From Emiliania huxleyi CCMP1516 (lineage: Eukaryota): a DNA stretch of 64,000 bases. Position 1 is the first letter of the stretch; each line of letters starts with the position of its first letter. This document shows positions 26,721 through 37,173 of this stretch, one piece after another. The translations under genes and the position numbers were made by a program. The notes under the pieces were generated by a model. That model saw nothing but the letters and a program-made list of their open reading frames with translations, had not been told where the DNA came from and searched no databases. The stretch covers positions 62,001-126,000 of the forward strand of contig NW_005201421.1 of the NCBI RefSeq assembly GCF_000372725.1. Reading direction: 5' to 3'.

Positions 26721-27089
26721 GCTCTGTACTGTTGGCGCCCGCAGCCTAAGCGTCCACCCCATGGTACACCGTACAGTTTTACCATGGTACTATTATTACT
26801 ACGAACCGGAAGAACACGGCACGGATGCCCCAGACTCCCCAGTCCCCAGAGCGTGCGCCTGGGCGCGGGGCGGTGGGCGGGCGCCCGGGCGCGCGGTGCA
26901 GACGTGCAGTGCGGCGTGTGTGTGCGAGTGACTGCTACCAGGGACCATGGGCGTATTATATCCTCTATTAACAACGAAGGCGCTCTAAAAAAAACCAAAG
27001 AATCCACCGATACGTCCGCAGGGCGAACCCACCAGTGGAAGGCCTATACCAACCCTTTTGTAAAATTCTTTTTCTTTTGTAAAATTCTT

Positions 27090-27361
27090 TAATAAATAAA
27101 TAAATACAACGGACACGCCAAACGAGGGGTGGGAGAAGGACAGGGTCCCCACCTGCACAAGCAGGATCTTGTAGGACGATCAGGGACACAGGGGAACGAA
27201 CTTTTTAGTCTTGGTCGCTAGACGCGGAGTTTCTTTTCTCGTGTGGTGTACCTGTGTTAGTGCCAGTGCGCGCCAGTCCCGTGCCCAGTGTCGTGGGGCG
27301 TAAATTCTTTTCTCGGTGTACCTGTGTTAGTGCCAGTGCGCGCCAGTCCCGTGCCCAGTGT
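27090..27361 (-). mobile_element. Dispersed repeat copy A (internally deleted relative to 58004-58333)
   Basis: 27090-27197 is the near reverse complement of 58226-58333; GTGCGCGCCAGTCCCGTGCCCAGTGT occurs twice here and inverted at ~58004-58029. Confidence 0.7.
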
Positions 27362-27436
27362 TGTGCGAGGGAGTTTGCTGGCAAGATTCTTTTCTCGCGT
27401 GAGAGAGAGTTGTTTTGTTTAAATTCTTTTCTCGCG

Positions 27437-28864
27437 ATGTCTGCCCCGCCGCGCCGCCGCTCGCGCCGCCTCGCCGCCTCCGCCTCCGCCGCTCCCTCGC
27501 CAGGAACGCCGCCGCCCGCCCGCCTCCTCGACCTACCCACCGACCTCCTCGTGCGCGTCGTCTCTCGGTGCGACCCCCTCGACATCGCTCGCGTCGCAGC
27601 CGTCTCGCTCCTCTTCCACGCCTCGCTTGCGGTGGAGGGCATCTGCTTGCGGGCGCAAGAGCGCGGCTTCGAGCTTCCGGCGCTGCCAGAGGGCGAGGGC
27701 TGCGCCGCGCGGTGGCTGTGCTTGTCGGCGCTGCTGTGCGAGTCCAACCCGCCGGCGAGGGCGGCGGCAGGCGACATGCACAGCGTTTTCGTCGTCGGCG
27801 AGGGGCGGCTCTCGTCGTGCGGCAATGCGCCGTCCTTCCTTCCAGGGCTGCTCGGCCACGGCGAGGGCGTGACGCGGCTCAACACGCCGATCCGCCTTCC
27901 CTCGACGCTGGGCGGCGAGCGTGCCGTGAGCGTGTCGGCTGGAAGCGGCCACAACCTCGCCATCACCGCCAACGGCGCCGCCTGGAGCTGGGGCTATGGA
28001 AGCTATGGCCGGCTGGGCCACGGCGACGGGCAGGCCCAGCCGCAGCCAAAGAAGATCGAGGCCTTCGCTGGCGAGCGCGCCCTCGCCGTGTCGGCTGGAG
28101 GAGCGCACAGCCTTGCCCTCACCACTGGCTGCGCCGTTTGGAGCTGGGGCAATGGACTCTTTGGCCGGTTGGGCCACGGCGACCGCGAGGACCAGCTGGA
28201 GCCGAAGAAGATCGAGGCCTTCGCTGGCCAGCACGTCGTCGCTGTGTCGGCGGGAGGCGACCACAGCCTTGCCCTCACCGCTGACGGCAGTGTCTGGAGC
28301 TGGGGCTGGGGAGGCTTTTGCCAGTTGGGCCACGGCGACGAGCAGAACCAGCTGCTGCCCAAGAAGATCGAGGCCTTTGCTGGGCAGCGCGTCCTCGCTG
28401 TGTCGGCTGGGCAGTACCACAACATGGCAATCACCGCCGACGGTGCCGTCTGGAGCTGGGGCACTGGAGTCACTGGCCGGTTGGGCCACGGCGACCAGCA
28501 GCGCCAGCTGCTGCCAAAGAAGGTCGAGGCCTTTGCTGACCAGCGCGTCGTCGTTGTGTCGGCGGGAGAGCACCACAGCCTCGCCCTCACCACCGACGGC
28601 GCTGTCTGGAGCTGGGGCGATGGAGCCCTTGGCCAGTTGGGCCACGGGGACCAGCAGAACCAACTGCTGCCGAAGAAGGTCGAGACGCTGGAAGGGCGGC
28701 GCGTCGTCGCCGTCTCGGCGGGAAGCGATCACAGCCTCGCCCTCACCGCCGACGGCGCAACCTTCGCCTGGGGCAAGGGCGAAAGCGGCTGTCTAGGCCA
28801 CGGAGAGGACCTGTCCAACCAGCTGCTGCCCAAGAAGGTCGAGGCGTGGGCGCCGGGGCTGTAG
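27437..28864 (+). CDS. Intronless F-box-like + RCC1-repeat protein
   Basis: LLDLPTDLLVRVV N-terminal; about 6 repeats of VSAGxxHSLALTADGxVWSWGxGxxGQLGHGD. Confidence 0.9.
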   Translation: MSAPPRRRSRRLAASASAAPSPGTPPPARLLDLPTDLLVRVVSRCDPLDIARVAAVSLLFHASLAVEGICLRAQERGFELPALPEGEGCAARWLCLSALLCESNPPARAAAGDMHSVFVVGEGRLSSCGNAPSFLPGLLGHGEGVTRLNTPIRLPSTLGGERAVSVSAGSGHNLAITANGAAWSWGYGSYGRLGHGDGQAQPQPKKIEAFAGERALAVSAGGAHSLALTTGCAVWSWGNGLFGRLGHGDREDQLEPKKIEAFAGQHVVAVSAGGDHSLALTADGSVWSWGWGGFCQLGHGDEQNQLLPKKIEAFAGQRVLAVSAGQYHNMAITADGAVWSWGTGVTGRLGHGDQQRQLLPKKVEAFADQRVVVVSAGEHHSLALTTDGAVWSWGDGALGQLGHGDQQNQLLPKKVETLEGRRVVAVSAGSDHSLALTADGATFAWGKGESGCLGHGEDLSNQLLPKKVEAWAPGL

Positions 28865-28889
28865 AGTGAAGGGGGCGGTGGCCGGCAGA

Positions 28890-29760
28890 TCAGGGACCTG
28901 CACCTCACGCTCATCCGCAACGAGAACGCGTACTCCTGCTGCGCCGCGATGCTCCTCGCCACGCCTCCGCCGCAGCCGGCCGACCCGCCCCTCGCGCCTC
29001 TGTACGTGGCCGGCGACTCGCACGCCCTCTCGCCCTCGTGGCGCGTGGTGCGCTGGCGCGGACAGCCGCGCGTGCTCGTGACCGGCCTCAAGCTGTGGCA
29101 CCTTCGCGACGGCGCAGACTTCTTCCCAAAGGCAAACTTCGAGGCGGCGGCCGCCTCCCTGCCCGACGGCGCAGACGTCGTCTTCGCGTTTGGAGAGATC
29201 GACTGCCGCGAGGGTGCGCCGCCCGCCGCCGTCGAGCGGGCGCGTCGCTCCCCTCTCGACGCCCCCCCCCCCCCCCCGTTGAGGGGGGGGGTTGCCCCCC
29301 TTTTGAGGCCCCCCCCCCCCCCCCCCTCTCACCCGCCCGCGCACCGCCCTTCAGGCTTGCTGCTCGCCGTCGAGCGGGCGCGCTACCGAGACCTCGCACA
29401 GGCGATCGACACGGTGGTTGACATCTACATCCGCACGCTGCGCCGGCTAGCGGCGCGCCGGCGCTTCAACATCCTCGTCCACCCGGCACCCCGCCCCTCC
29501 CCGCGCCCGCGCAGGGCGAGGCGCCCTCACTGAGGCGAGAGGTGCCGCCCCCCTGCAGGTCCCTCCGGTCCTGCCAGAGACTCGCGCCGTCGTCAAGCAG
29601 TTCAACGCAGCCCTGCGGCGCGCCGTCGAGCGCGCCTCGCCCGTGCTCGCTTGGCTCGACTTTTTCGAGCAGCTCCTCACACCCGCCGGCGACGCGCTCG
29701 CGGACGGCCTCGCCCTCGACGGCACCCACCTCAACCCGCAGTACGTCCGCCTGACGGGTG
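28890..29760 (+). pseudogene. 5'-truncated fragment of an SGNH-hydrolase-like gene (retains 2 introns)
   Basis: IRDLHLTLIRNENAY…LYVAGDSH…FAFGEIDCREG…DGTHLNP. It begins at an AG only ~25 nt after the RCC1 stop, leaving no room for upstream exons. Confidence 0.55.
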
Positions 29761-29800
29761 TTTGCGGTTTAGCGGCCGAGCCGCTCACGCTTGCGACAAA

Positions 29801-30526
29801 ATGCAGCAGAAGGCCGGGCCATCTGCCGCTGGCGGAGCGCCGCGAAAGCTCACGATCAAACCGCTTCGCACGGCGCCAAAGTTGCCCGCCAACTTCGAGC
29901 AGGCCACCTGGGCCAAGCTGCTGGACGCGGTGCGAGCTGTCCACGGCAAGCGTGCGGTGAACCACAGCCTGGAGGAGCTGTACCGAGGTGTGGAGGACAT
30001 GTGTGTGCAGCACATGGCGGCGCGGACGTACGATAAGCTGCAGGCAGAGTGCGAGGCCCACGTGGAGGCCTCGATCGAGGCCCTACAGACCCCCGACACG
30101 AGCGCCTTCCTCTCGCTCGTGCACGGCTGCTGGTCGGCGCACTGCGAGGAGATGCTCACCCTGCACTCGATCTTCCTGTACCTCGACCGCACCTACGTCA
30201 TGCAGAGCGCCGCGCGGCGCTCCCTCTGGGAGATGGGGCTGCACAGCTTCCGCGCGCAGCTGAGCGCGCGGCCCGAGGTGCTCGCCAAGTTGCGCGATGG
30301 CGTGCTCGCGAGCATCGAGCGGGAGCGGGGGGGCGACCAGGTGGAGCGGTCGCTGCTGGCGGAGCTGCTGCGCATGCTCTACGACCTCGGGCTCTACCAG
30401 CGCCACTTCGAAGAGCAGTTCCCGTCGTCCGCATACTACCTCGCACAGAGGCGCTGCAGAGATGAATGCGCGCGCCCCGCCCCGGCCGCCGGCCCGCCCC
30501 TCTCCGCGGTGAGCCGTAGACGGTAG
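29801..30526 (+). pseudogene. Cullin-4-like N-terminal fragment (~240 aa, truncated)
   Basis: KLTIKPL..PKLPANFEQATWAKL, SLEELYRGVEDMC, IFLYLDRTYV, IERERGGDQVERSLL. Similarity fades after HFEEQF and no cullin C-terminus follows. Confidence 0.75.
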
Positions 30527-30683
30527 AGCCGTACGGTGCAAGAGTCAAGACATAACGAGCCGTTCCACATACGTTTCAAATACTTCAGTACACACACGCA
30601 GCTCTGCACCTCCCTGTCGACTGACGACTGTCCAGTGTCCTCTCGCGCTGACCCATATCATATGTGGCGCCGGTGCTCCAGAA

Positions 30684-33600
30684 CTAAGCAGAGCCGCCGC
30701 GCCCCGCGCCCCGCCCGCCCCGCCCGCCACGTCCACGCCCCCCTCTCCCGCCTCGCCTACCGACCGCTGCCGTGACGCCCACGGGCTGAGCCTGGGGCGC
30801 GGGGCGCGAGGGCGGCTGGTAGACAAACGTCGTCTGCGCCGCCACCTGTGTCCCAATTGCGACGATGGGCAGCGCCGGCTGGCGGCAAGTCGGGCAGTTG
30901 GTGTCGCGCTCCAGCACGCGCGTCACACACGCCTCGCAGTACAGCGCGTGGCCGCACGCGAAGCGAACCGAGCGCGGCGCGTTCCAGCAGAGGTCACACT
31001 GGCGCTCCTCGGCTGCCGCCGTCTCCTCCACCTCCCCCGCCGCTTCGACTAGCGCCTCCAGCCGCGGCAGCGCCTCCGCGAGCGGCATCCGCTTCCGCTT
31101 CCGCTCGTACGCCAGCCCGACCACGAGCCGCGTCAGCTCCTCGGCCTGCGCCGCCGACCAGCCCGCGTCGGCCGCCGCGATCGATCCCTCCGCCGTGTCC
31201 GGCTCCTCCAGCGCATAGTCGCACGCGTTGAGCAAGCCGACGGCGCCGCGGCCGGTCAGGCTGACGAGCAGCGTGATGCCGAGCGCATAGCCGTCGGTCA
31301 GTTGCGAAGCTTGGTTGTCCTGCGTGATGATCGGGTCCATGTAGCCAGGCTTGCCAAAGATACGCTGCGTCGACAGGTGCGAGACCTGCTGGCTGCCGCC
31401 GGCCGTCGCCTCTGCCGCACGCGCGAGGCCCACGTCGGCGAGGTAGCCGTTGCCGCGCTCGTCGAGCAGGATGTTGCCCGCCGAGACGTCGCGGTGCAGG
31501 ATCATGGGCGAGAGCGTGTGCAGGTAGTGCAGAGCGCTCGCCGCGTCGCGCAGCACGCGGAGCCGTGCGGCGGAGGAGAGCGGAGGAGGCGCCGTCTCGA
31601 AGCCGAGCATGCGGAGCCGCTGCAGCGCGGCTGGCGAGCGGTAGAGGCGATCCTCGAGGCTGCCGCCGCGGCAGAGGGGGTAGACGAGGCACGCTCTCGA
31701 CGGCGCCAAACAGACGCCGAGCAGAGGAAGCAGGGACGGGTGGCACGCCGCGCTGAGCGTGCGCACCTCGCTCTGCAGCTCGGCGAGGCCTTGGGCGCCG
31801 ACACCGACCAGCGCCGTTTTGACAGCGAACCCGCAAGCGACGCGCGGAAGCGACGGCAGCGCGTCGGCGCGGTAGACGCGCCCGAAGCCTCCCTCGCCCA
31901 CCTTGCGCGCCTCGGCAAAGCCGTCGGTCGCCGCGACTAGCTCGTCGAGAGGGACGGCGGCGGGCGGTGTGGCGCCCGTGTCGACGGCTGCCCATCTTCC
32001 GCCAGACTTCCCTTGCTTTGCCGCTTCCTCGCCTCTCTTCTCTCCTTGTCTGATCCCGCCTCTTCCCAATTTCTATGCCTCGCTCTTTGTCCGTCCGCTC
32101 TTTCTTCCTACTCCCATACCTTCTCTCTGTCTTATAGCACCACCTCCTATCTTTTTCCGGAGCGTGTCCCTCCATACCTTCTTGTATTNNNNNNNNNNNN
32201 NNNNNNNNNNNNNNNNNNNNNNNNNNNNNNNNNNNNNNNNNNNNNNNNNNNNNNNNNNNNNNNNNNNNNNNNNNNNNNNNNNNNNNNNCTCCGCTGCCGC
32301 CGCCTCTTGAGCCTCCGCCGCCGCCACGGCCGCCACTGCCGCCTCTACAGCCGCCGCCTCCGCCGCTGCCTCCGCCGCTGCCTCCGCCGCCTCCGCCTCC
32401 GCCTCCGCCGCCGCCACTGCCGCCACTGCCGCCTCTACAGCCGCCGCCGCCGCCTCCTCCCTCTCCCTTGCCGCCTCCTCCCTCGCCCTCGCCTCTGCCT
32501 CCTCCCTTGCGCGCGACGCCACCTCCGCCTCCGCCAGTTCGTCGCGCAGCAGCCGCGCCGCCCGCAGCGCCTCCGAGCCGTCGGCGGCGTCGGTGTTCGC
32601 GTTGATCGCCGCCCTGAGCGCCTCGAGATCGGTGTCGCCTCGGCCGCACGCCTCAACCGCCTCGCGCAGCGCCGCCTTGGCTGCATCGCGCGCCTCCGCC
32701 GCCTCCGCAGCCGCTGCCACCTCGCGTGCGGCCGCCGCGGCCTGTTCGGCTGATTCTGCGACCGCCGTCTCCCCCTCCGCCTCTGCTGCGGTCGACGAGT
32801 GCTCCTCGAAGGCGCGCACGCACTCGGCGAGGCCTTCCTCCTTGGCCCACTGCAGAGCCGTCATGCCGCCAACAGTGCGCGCAGCATCTGCGCCCGCCTG
32901 CAGCAAGCGCCGCACGACAGCGGGGTGGTTGAAGCTGGAGGCGAGCATCAGCGCGGTGCCGCCGCCTCTGTCCTGCAGGTTGACGTCAGCGCCGCGCCGC
33001 ATCAGCAAGTCGACCACCCGCTCGTGGCCGTTGAAGGCGGCGTTCATCAGCGCGGTGCCGCCGTCGCTGTTCTGCAGGTTGATCTTCGCGCCGTGCTGCA
33101 ACAACAGCTCGACCACCCGCTCGTGGCCGTGGTTGGCGGCGGCCATCAGCAGCGTGAAGCCACTCAAACTACCTCTCTTGTACGTCGCGTCGACCCGCCC
33201 CCCGCCCTCAAGCCACGCCAGCACCGCCGCCTCCTCGCCACGCTCCACCGCTGCGATGACATCATCGGAGACTGTCACGCCCCCCCTCGAGGCCCGCTCC
33301 GCCGCCGCCGCCACCGGCAAGAGATTACCCGGCCGCACCCGCACGCTCTCGCCGCCGCCCTCGAGCGCAACCGCGTACCGCCCGCCCTCGATGCTCTGAG
33401 CCACGCCCCGCTGCCCGTTCAGCTCGGGGCGGGAAGAGAGCCCGCAGAGCACGACTCGCTGGCCAAGCAGCAGCGCGTCTTCTTCAGCTGCCGCTGCCGC
33501 GCCCGAGGAAGCGCCGCCGGCCCCAGCACGGCCGTCTGCAGCCGCCGCCGCCTCAGCCAAGACCTCGACGCACTCGGCGTGGCCCTTCTCCTTGGCACAC

Positions 33601-35603
33601 TGCAGCGCCGTGCCGTCGTTCTCCGCGCGCGCCGCCGTGTCAGCGCCCGCCTGCAGCAAGCGCCGCACGACGGCGGGGTGGTTGAAAGAAACGGCGTACA
33701 TCAGCGCGGTACCGCCATTGCTCCTCTGCAGGTTGACCTCAGCGCCGCGCCGCACCAACAGCTCGACCACCCGCTCGCGGCCTTCCTGGGCGGCGGCCAT
33801 TAGCGCGGTGCTGCCGTTGCTGTTCTGCAGGTTGATCTCCGCGCCGTGCCGCAGCAGCAGCTCGACCACCCCCAAGTGGCCGTACACGGCGGCGCCCATC
33901 AGCAGCGTGAGGCCGCTCAAGCCACCTCTCTCGTATGTCGCGTCGACCCGCCCGCCTTCCTCGAGCCACTCCAGCACCGGCTCCTCCTCGCCTCGATGTG
34001 CCGCTGCGATGACCTTGTCGGAGACTGCCGCGGCACCGCTCGAAGCCCGCTCCGCCGCCGCCGGCGACAGATTACTCGGCCGCACCCGCACGCTCTCGCC
34101 GACGCCCTCGAGCGCCACAGCGTACCGGCCGCCCTCGAAGCTCCGCGCCACGCCCCGCTGCCCGTTCAGCTCGGGGCGGGCCGAGAGCCCGCCGAGCACG
34201 ACTCGCTGGCCGAGCAGCGGCGCGTCCACAGCTGCCGCTGCCGCGCCCGAGGAGGCGCCGCCCGCCCCCGCCCGGCCGTCTGCAGCCGCCGCCGCCTCCG
34301 ACAAGACCTTGACGCACGCGGCGTTGCCCTTCTCCTTGGCCCACTGCAGCGCCGTCTTGCCGTTTTCATCGCGCGCCGCCGCGTCTGCGCCCGCCCGCAG
34401 CAAGTGCCGCACGACGGCGGGGTGGTTGAAGAAGGCGGCGAGCATCAGCGCGGTGAAGTCTTTGTTGCTCTGCAGGTTGACCTCAGCGCCGCGCCGTATC
34501 AGCAAGTCGGCCACCCGCTCGTGGCCTTGGACGGCGGCGTTCATCAGCGCGGTGAAGCCGATGCTGTCTTGCAGGTTGACCTCAGCGCCGTGCTGCAGCA
34601 GCAGCTCGACCACCCGCTCGTGGCCGTTGAAGGCGGCGCCCATCAGCAGCGTGATGCCGCTCAAGCCGCCTCTCTCGTACGTCGCGTCGACCCGCCCGCC
34701 GCCTTCGAGCCACGGCAGCAGCGCCGCCTCGTCGCCTCGCTCAGCTGCTGCGAGGATATCATCGGGGGCTGCCGCGGCACCGCTCGACGCCCGCCCCGCC
34801 GCCCCCGCTGGAGATAGCGTCTTCGCGACTCTCGATCCAGCCGAGGAAGCGCCGCCGGAGGAAGCGCCGCCTGCGCCTTCGCCGCCGGCTGCCGTCGCCG
34901 TGGGCCGTCCCGCCAGCATATCCTGGACGTGCTTCTTGAAGGCCTCAACGCACTCGGCGTGGCCCTTATCCTTGACCAGCTGCAGCGCCGTCATGCCGCT
35001 CGCATTGCGCGCCGCCGTGTCTGCGCCCGCCTGCAGCAAGCGCCGCACGACGGCGGGGCGGTTGAGGTAAGCGGCGAACATCAGCGCGGTTTCGCCGACG
35101 CTGTTCTGCAGGTTGATCTCCGCGCCGTGCTGCATGAGCAGGTCGACCACCTGCTCGTGGCCTTTGGAGGCGGCGAGCATCAGCGCGGTGTGGCCGTTGA
35201 TGCTCTGCAGGTTGACCTCAGCGCCGTGCCGCAGCAACAGCTCGATCACCCGCTCGTGGCCGTGCATGGCGGCGGTCATCAGCAGCGTGAGGCCGCTCAA
35301 GCCGCCTCTCCCGTAGGTCGCGTTGACCCGCCCGCCACCCTCGAGCCACGCCAGCACCGCCGCCTCGTCGCCTCGCCCAACCGCTGCCACGACCTCGTCG
35401 GAGACTGCCACGCCACCGCTCGACGCCGCCGCCGCCGGCGACAGATTACCCGGCCGCACCCGCACACTCTCGCCGCCACCCTCGAGAGCCACCGCGTAGC
35501 GGCCGCCCTCAAAGCTCCGCACCACGCCCCGCCGCCCGTTGAGGTCGGGGCGTGCCGAGAGCCCGCCTAGCACGACGCGCTGGCCGAGCAGCGGCGCGAC
35601 CAT
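30684..35603 (-). CDS. Ankyrin-repeat / protein kinase / RING protein (probably one gene across the N gap)
   Basis: Four ankyrin blocks (TALMxAA..GH) and three LGQRVVLxGLSxRPxLNG modules. After the gap: GEGGFGRVY, AVK, HRDVSAGN, DVGLAR, GKPGYMDP kinase; C3HC4 RING CDLC…CGH…CEAC…CPTC; RGG tail. Confidence 0.8.
32189..32288. other. Assembly gap (N run)
   Basis: N characters; the flank at ~32000-32188 looks like low-quality read-end sequence. Confidence 0.99.
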
Positions 35604-35942
35604 CTCGGCTGCTGAGCGCGCCGTCTTTCGTAATTGGGCGTCGTTTTCTTTTTCTCTGTAAAGGCCCCTGGTGATTTATTTCGGCTGCGCACTTTGGCAA
35701 AGTGTAAGGTGCCTATAGGGCTTCCAGTATCGGACCTTCAAGACATGCGGTTTTGGCCGGTGGCCTCCTCGGACATGGTACCGACCGGTGAGTGCACGGA
35801 GTGAGCAGTGGTGCGGTACTGAGCTCTGAGGCCGACATGAGAGCTGGTGCGGCACACAAGCGAGATGTGTTGCCGCACAGCATTTCCGGCTTACGCTCGA
35901 TACGTTGGCTGGCACCATGGGCACCTGCGCGAGCCGTGGTGA

Positions 35943-36983
35943 TTGGCTGGGCACAGAGGCTCGGCGCACGGTGGCACAGCGGCCGCCAACTGCTTGGCCC
36001 GGAAGCTGAGCAGAATGAGTACAACCGCAACATCAACTTGGGTGCTTGCGGATCTTCTGCAACAGAGCGCATCTCCGCCAGCACTGCGGCTGTGTGGACA
36101 CGAGTATCCCCTCCTTCTTCTCCATGGAGGCCGGAAAGAGGAGCCGCGGGTAGGGAGCTGCTTTCGCCTCAATCTGGAGTCATCTCGGGGCATCTCGGGG
36201 CATCTCGGGGCATCTCGGGGCATCTCGGGGCATCTCGGCGAGGGATCCTTTCCGCCCTCCGCGGCCTCCAATTCGCGCACAAGGGGAGTGCGACTGCTCA
36301 TGGCTGCTGCACATTGCACTGCAGGTCCTCCGCTATCTCGCGCACGCGCTTGGCGGCGCGCTGCGCGCAGCCGATGCGGCTGACAGCGGCGCCGCTCTCG
36401 CCCCCCAACAAGTCGTCAGTGCCGTTGGCGCGCTGTCGCGGCTGGTGGCATTGGCGCCACCTCCCGGCGACCACTTCGACGTGGCTCGCTCCGCCGCCGC
36501 CGAGGCGATCGGCCCGGCGCTGCAGCGGTTTGCGGCCACGCCGGAGACGTGCGGCGCCGTCGAGGTTCTGCTGGCGGCGCTGGACGACAAGGGCGTGTCG
36601 CTGCCGCACGGGGGGACGCCGCTGTGGCCGCTGCACGCGTCGGCGCTGCTGGCACTGCAGCAGGTGATCATCGGCCAAGAGACCCGCCTTGTACTAGAGA
36701 TGCAATCCGCGCTTCCCCCCCGCCACCCCGCGAGGTGATCGCCGGCTCGGAATCGCTGCGCGCGTGCCTTCCAGAGGGCGGTGAACGGCGCGCGAGGGTG
36801 GTCGCAAGGTTGGGAAGGCTGCTCGTGGACGACGGACAGGGCGATAGGTACGCGCTGGCTTCCGCCCTCGACGCCCTCCGCGCACTCGCCGACGCTCGGG
36901 ACGCCGAGGCTGGTCGGCTGCTGCTGGACGCACTTTTTTCGGCGCGATGGTGTCCCCACACAACCGCATCCTCGCAGTATTGA
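35943..36983 (+). CDS. Hypothetical multi-exon protein (start uncertain)
   Basis: GT..AG intron 36150-36324 with (CATCTCGGGG)n joins …KEEPR to VLRYLAHAL…; a second intron at ~36664-36733; stop at 36983. Confidence 0.45.
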
Positions 36984-37173
36984 AATGCGACCCCCATATG
37001 AGCAGTGTTTTCAAGACAACCAATCGAGTTTGATTTTGATTCTTTGTCTCGACGTTCAACGAAGCGCCAGAACGCCGCAATGTCTGTAGTCTATTGTATG
37101 TGAATGTGTGCTGCGTGCTCGTGGTGAGCACTCTAGTGCTAGAGCCGAGAGCGCTGCAGGATTCGGTACGTAT

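Noticed and set aside
32000..32188. Linker peptide between ankyrin and kinase regions
   Set aside because: The composition is abnormal next to the gap and is probably low-quality sequence, so the frame break is not treated as real.
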